Shown here: piece by piece, positions 60,162 through 64,000 of the stretch
Position numbering within the stretch: the first letter of the stretch is position 1
Layout of the letters: each line of letters opens with the position of its first letter
NCBI GenBank assembly: GCA_023819145.1
Contig: JAMWCW010000001.1
Span: 66,400-130,399, forward strand
Reading direction: 5' to 3'
Source: Candidatus Omnitrophota bacterium
Lineage (GTDB): Bacteria > Omnitrophota > Gorgyraeia > DTHP01
DNA length: 64,000 bases
Program-made: the position numbers and the translations under genes
Notes under the pieces: model-generated
The model's input: only the letters and a program-made list of their open reading frames with translations
Databases searched by the model: none
Told to the model about the DNA's origin: nothing

Positions 60162-61886
60162 ATGATGAATAAGAAAAAATTATGTATCACAATTGTATTT
60201 TTAACTTTATTCTTATCAGCTGGAGATATCTGTTTTGCCCGTCGAATACCCTCATATTTTAGTCTTTCGCAAATTCTTAACGCGGCGTATGTTCGAGGAT
60301 ATCTTACCCCAGAAGAGATAACTGCCCTGTATCGAAGATCTTCCGGAAAGGCAGATTTAACAGATATGCAAGGTGAGGTCAAACTTGCCATCTTACTTGA
60401 TGGGAGGTCTCTTCCTGTCAGGGTTTATGGCGGATATATCGATGTGGGACAAGACAGATTCGTTATTCAGATTAAAGGGGAAGAAGAAACAGGTTTATAT
60501 AATGAAATTATTTTCCAAGAAGGAAATGCAGGAAAACCTTTTGTTATAAATCTAAGGACCGGCGGGACCATCAGCATGGAAGAGAAAGACGAAAAAAGAG
60601 GAACAGCAAGAGATGGGCTTAAATCAGAATTACCATATATCCAGGTTGGTTCTACGAGGTGGGATTCCAGCCAGATTGGCGGAGAAGAACTGCTTACCTT
60701 AGTAAATTGTGTTTCACGGGTATTGGATTTAGGTATGGTTCCTTTGATTACGCATGGGACTGATACGATGGAGATCACCGCATTTATTCTCAGTCTTTTG
60801 TTTCCTAATAGATTTATGGTTATGACCGGTGCTTTTGATGCTGCCAACACTCCCGGAGGAGACGCTCCTATTAATTTTAGGTCTTCCCAGCAATTAGCCG
60901 AAAGTGGTAATGTTCCAGCACATCTCTATGTAGTGATGAACAATAAAATTCATTTGGGCTCACGGCTGGTGAAAGTAGGGACGTCTAAAGAATATGGATT
61001 TTTAAGTTATGGTGGCCATATTGGAGAAATAGATGAAAACGGTGTGATTCGGTTTAATAACTCTTTTCTGGTTGAAGAAAAGAGTTTTTCCTCCACTATA
61101 CTTGACCCCACAAAATACGGAATTTCTGATACGGTGTTATTTTATAGTAACGCTTACTTACCACTTATTGCTATCAAGACACTAACCACACAATTAATCA
61201 CCAAAAAGGAATCTGGTGGAAGACCGGGTTTAGTTATAGAAGGAAGTCTCCCCCCAGGAAGCGAACCTTTCTTGGATATGCTTTTTCAGAGAGGTATTCC
61301 CGTATTTGTAGAGGATGTTAATCAGGAAATTACAGGCGTTTTTAAAATCCCCGATTGGCTTAGTCCTTTGCAGGCTTGGGCAAAACTCAGTTTATTGCTC
61401 AATCAATTTGAGAACGAGGTGATACCAGATTTAATGCTTTTAGATATAGCTGGAGAAAAGGTTTATCACGATTATCTGTGGATAAAAAAGGCAGAAGAAG
61501 TGTCTCGACCTTACAGTGAAAGGATTCCTCGTCAGAAAATCAGCGGAAATTTCTATTCTAATGCAGGGAGAGCAGTGAGTTTTGTTTTGACCTTTCCTGG
61601 CTCAATGTCAAAAGCAGTTTTGAAATCAGAGATAGATAGACTTTTGGCAACACCTGCCCAAGAAAAGATTCTTGTAATTGAAGGCGCAGGAAATGGTAAT
61701 GTTGACTTGCAGTTAAACGATTTGCTAAGCTTTGCGCTGAATAAAGGTATTAAAGTTGTAGTAATTGCCCGTCCAGTTACAGGCAGAGCAGATCTAAGCT
61801 ATGATGTAGCACTTAAATTAGATTCCCGCTGTATACATGCGGATGGTTTGGGTAGGGACTATTTGTTGAGCTTACTTGAGCCATAG
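60162..61886 (+). CDS. L-asparaginase/glutaminase-fold protein with extra C-terminal asparaginase-C-like modules, the leader and the RR motif
   Basis: Motifs are TGGTIS, LITHGTDTME, MVMTGAFD and later VIEGAGNGNV...GIKVVVIARPVTGRAD. The leader is LCITIVFLTLFLSAGDICFARRIPS, with RR at nt 60240-60245. Confidence 0.65.
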   Translation: MMNKKKLCITIVFLTLFLSAGDICFARRIPSYFSLSQILNAAYVRGYLTPEEITALYRRSSGKADLTDMQGEVKLAILLDGRSLPVRVYGGYIDVGQDRFVIQIKGEEETGLYNEIIFQEGNAGKPFVINLRTGGTISMEEKDEKRGTARDGLKSELPYIQVGSTRWDSSQIGGEELLTLVNCVSRVLDLGMVPLITHGTDTMEITAFILSLLFPNRFMVMTGAFDAANTPGGDAPINFRSSQQLAESGNVPAHLYVVMNNKIHLGSRLVKVGTSKEYGFLSYGGHIGEIDENGVIRFNNSFLVEEKSFSSTILDPTKYGISDTVLFYSNAYLPLIAIKTLTTQLITKKESGGRPGLVIEGSLPPGSEPFLDMLFQRGIPVFVEDVNQEITGVFKIPDWLSPLQAWAKLSLLLNQFENEVIPDLMLLDIAGEKVYHDYLWIKKAEEVSRPYSERIPRQKISGNFYSNAGRAVSFVLTFPGSMSKAVLKSEIDRLLATPAQEKILVIEGAGNGNVDLQLNDLLSFALNKGIKVVVIARPVTGRADLSYDVALKLDSRCIHADGLGRDYLLSLLEP

Positions 61887-62010
61887 GGAATTAAAATCCT
61901 TCTAATTACTTTTTCATTGCTTATTATCCCACGGAGTGAACCTCTGATTCTTTTCTAGATTTTAGATAAATTTGTACGGAATTAGTAGAGAACTATTAAA
62001 TTTAATTTCC

Positions 62011-62039
62011 TTGACAAGCAGTCAGATAAGTTCTAAAAT
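62011..62039 (+). promoter_or_regulatory. promoter TTGACA-N17-TAAAAT
   Basis: TTGACA at 62011-62016 and TAAAAT at 62034-62039. Confidence 0.45.
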
Positions 62040-62078
62040 ATTCCCCAATTATTGTGAAAAAAATCACAAATTTATAAA

Positions 62079-63134
62079 ATGCCTCTATACTATTTCCCCA
62101 GAGCCAAGTGTTTAGAATTCTTATCTCTTTTAGAGAAAGAATATGAGCTTTATCTCCCTTCGGTAATAGAAGGTAAAGGTATATCTTGCGAATTCGGTTA
62201 CAATTTACCGATAACCGATTTCACACTGGTGAAATACTCATCTTCTAAAGAATCCGATTTATTCTTTAATTCTTATCGAACCGTAGAGCCTTTAAAAACA
62301 TTTTTTACTTTTCCTAAAGAAAAACTTGTTTCTAAGAAAGAAAAATTTGCCATTTTGGGAGTTAAAAATTGCGATTTATTCTCTTTAAAAATTCAGGATT
62401 ATGTTTTTTTAGAAGGAATAGTTTCTGACCCTTTCTACCGAGCGAGGAGAGAAAACTCTTTAATTATCTCTGGAGATTGCACTGCTTTTAAAGAAGTATG
62501 TTTCTGTTTGTCTTTGGAAATAAATCCCTATCCTGGGGATGGTTTTGATATAAACCTCTCTCCTTTAGAAGACGGTTTTTTGGTAGAGGCGGGTTCTTTA
62601 AAAGGTGAAGAGATAATTAAGAAAGGTAAAGGCATTTTTTCCTTAGCGCAAAATGAACAGATTGCCAAACGGATTGAAAACAGAGAGGCTTTTAAGAAGA
62701 GTTTGGATAAACATATTCAATTCCATAATATTCCTAAAAAAGAGGTTCTGCAAAAAATAGTCAAAGATGGATTTAGTTCTTCTTTATGGCAGGAAGAAGC
62801 TCTCCGTTGTGTAGAATGTGGAGGATGTAATTTATCTTGTCCCACTTGTCACTGTTTTTTACTGGCTGAAGATAGATTTGGTAATGCGCACGAAAAGGTG
62901 CGCCTCTGGGATGCCTGTCTTTATGCCAATTTTGCTAGGGTAGCAGGGGGAGCTAACCCTTTGCGTTATCGTTATCAACGTTTGCGTAATCGCTATTTGA
63001 AAAAATTTGATTTTTTCCCGGAGAATATTTCTTTGTTTGCCTGTTCTGGCTGTGGAAGGTGTATTGAGGTTTGTCCGGCAAAGATTGACATCAGGAAAAA
63101 TCTAAAAGAATTAAGTGTAAGGTGTAAAGTATAA
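62079..63134 (+). CDS. 4Fe-4S dicluster protein, AsrA / sulfhydrogenase-beta-like
   Basis: The cluster motifs are CVECGGCNLSCPTCHC and CSGCGRCIEVCP. Confidence 0.6.
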   Translation: MPLYYFPRAKCLEFLSLLEKEYELYLPSVIEGKGISCEFGYNLPITDFTLVKYSSSKESDLFFNSYRTVEPLKTFFTFPKEKLVSKKEKFAILGVKNCDLFSLKIQDYVFLEGIVSDPFYRARRENSLIISGDCTAFKEVCFCLSLEINPYPGDGFDINLSPLEDGFLVEAGSLKGEEIIKKGKGIFSLAQNEQIAKRIENREAFKKSLDKHIQFHNIPKKEVLQKIVKDGFSSSLWQEEALRCVECGGCNLSCPTCHCFLLAEDRFGNAHEKVRLWDACLYANFARVAGGANPLRYRYQRLRNRYLKKFDFFPENISLFACSGCGRCIEVCPAKIDIRKNLKELSVRCKV

Positions 63135-63203
63135 AGTATGTATGATTTTTTTTGAATAAGCGGGAATTTATATCCTGTATATTTCATATTGAATAATACT
63201 AAG

Positions 63204-64000
63204 ATGGATAATCCTTATCAACCTCTAAAAGCAACTTTAGAAACGATAATCACGGAAACGCCGAATATTAAAACTTTTGTGATGAAACCGGAAAAAGATT
63301 TTTCTTTTAAAACAGGGCAGTTTATTGAAGTTTCTTTTCCTGGTTTTGGAGAGGGACCTTTTACTCCCTCCTCTGACCCAGAGGTTAAGAATAGATTAGA
63401 AGTAACAATTATGAATGTCGGGAGACTTACTTCTAAACTCCATAGCCTTAGTGGGGGAGAGGTATTGGGGATACGTGGACCATATGGCAAAGGTTATCCT
63501 TTGGATAAATTTGTGGATAAGGACGTTTTAATAGTTGGTGGAGGAGTGGGACTTGCTCCTTTACGCTCTCTGCTTTTTGCCCTTTTTTCTGATATTAAGA
63601 GGTATAATAAAGTCATCTTGCGTTACGGAGCCCGTTCTCCCCAAGATATTGTTTATAAAAATTCTCTTCCCGAATGGGGCAAAAGAGAAAAAGTAGATGT
63701 TTTGGTTACTGTAGATGTCGGAGATAATAGTTGGAAAGGGAATGTGGGTTTGGTCACTTCTATCCTCAAAGATTTGCCTTTGGAGATAAGTAGGGCGGTA
63801 GCGGTTGTTTGTGGGCCACCGATAATGATGAAGTTTGTTACCTTGAAATTAGTGGATTTGGGTTTTGGTGCTCAGGATATCTATCTTTCAATGGAAAAGA
63901 ATATGTCCTGTGGTTTGGGAAAATGTGGGCATTGTCGACTGGGAAAATACTATGTCTGTCGCGATGGTCCGGTGTTTACCTATCAAGAGATGAAGGATAT
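63204..64000 (+). CDS. FAD/NAD(P)-binding plus 2Fe-2S oxidoreductase subunit (AsrB / PyrK / sulfhydrogenase-gamma-like), 3' end cut by the window
   Basis: ATG 63204 opens a frame that runs to the window end. It encodes FKTGQFIEVSFPGFGEGPF, LIVGGGVGLAPL and CGLGKCGHCRLGKYYVCRDGPVF. It is missing from the ORF track because it has no stop codon. Confidence 0.7.
   Translation, partial: MDNPYQPLKATLETIITETPNIKTFVMKPEKDFSFKTGQFIEVSFPGFGEGPFTPSSDPEVKNRLEVTIMNVGRLTSKLHSLSGGEVLGIRGPYGKGYPLDKFVDKDVLIVGGGVGLAPLRSLLFALFSDIKRYNKVILRYGARSPQDIVYKNSLPEWGKREKVDVLVTVDVGDNSWKGNVGLVTSILKDLPLEISRAVAVVCGPPIMMKFVTLKLVDLGFGAQDIYLSMEKNMSCGLGKCGHCRLGKYYVCRDGPVFTYQEMKD

Overview
This is an AT-rich, tightly packed bacterial chromosomal window with about 45 credible genes. 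I saw no rRNA, tRNA or CRISPR by eye. It may come from an uncultivated PVC/Omnitrophota-like organism, but that is a low-confidence guess. The main result is in the left 18.5 kb (287-18471), plus one outlier gene at 60162. Eleven homologues of normally cytoplasmic enzymes sit there: a SAM methyltransferase, PGK, a GAPDH-like protein, a class II FBA-like protein, a PPi-type PFK, a kinase-fold protein, a tandem aminotransferase, a split PEP synthase in two genes, an asparaginase-like protein and one unknown. Each carries the same N-terminal leader: a few basic residues, a 15-22 aa hydrophobic helix, often S(A)G, then an Arg-Arg motif (RR-[IVLAST]-[KRHLP]) at residues 27-44. The RR follows the hydrophobic core, which is the reverse of a Tat signal. 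An S8 subtilase sits inside the block. Several of the enzymes are fusions of an intact copy and a degenerate copy of the same fold. Every promoter I could read in front of these genes uses TTGACG as its -35 (6 of 6). Promoters of the other genes in the window use TTGACA (6 of 6). Next come two giant secreted proteins: a 1378-aa YD/Rhs-like protein with an 831-nt tandem duplication, and a 2015-aa protein with a Gly14 hinge. They are bracketed by REP-like inverted-repeat pairs and followed by a RayT-type Y1 transposase. The rest of the window holds the following genes. (1) An efflux operon: an AMIN-TolC fusion, an adaptor, an RND pump with a C-terminal winged HTH, and a second RND pump. (2) A coiled-coil protein. 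(3) MscS with two trehalose routes (OtsAB and a TreT-like GT4). (4) A PG-binding lipoprotein, TsaC/Sua5, Pcm, a membrane-fused spermidine-synthase-like protein and a class A beta-lactamase-like hydrolase. (5) A sugar-binding protein, a ROK regulator, a bifunctional nuclease, a MetE-like protein and the AmmeMemoRadiSam radical SAM enzyme. (6) An AsrA/AsrB-like Fe-S/flavoprotein pair that runs off the window end. All calls come from reading the sequence and translations by eye; no searches or computations were run.
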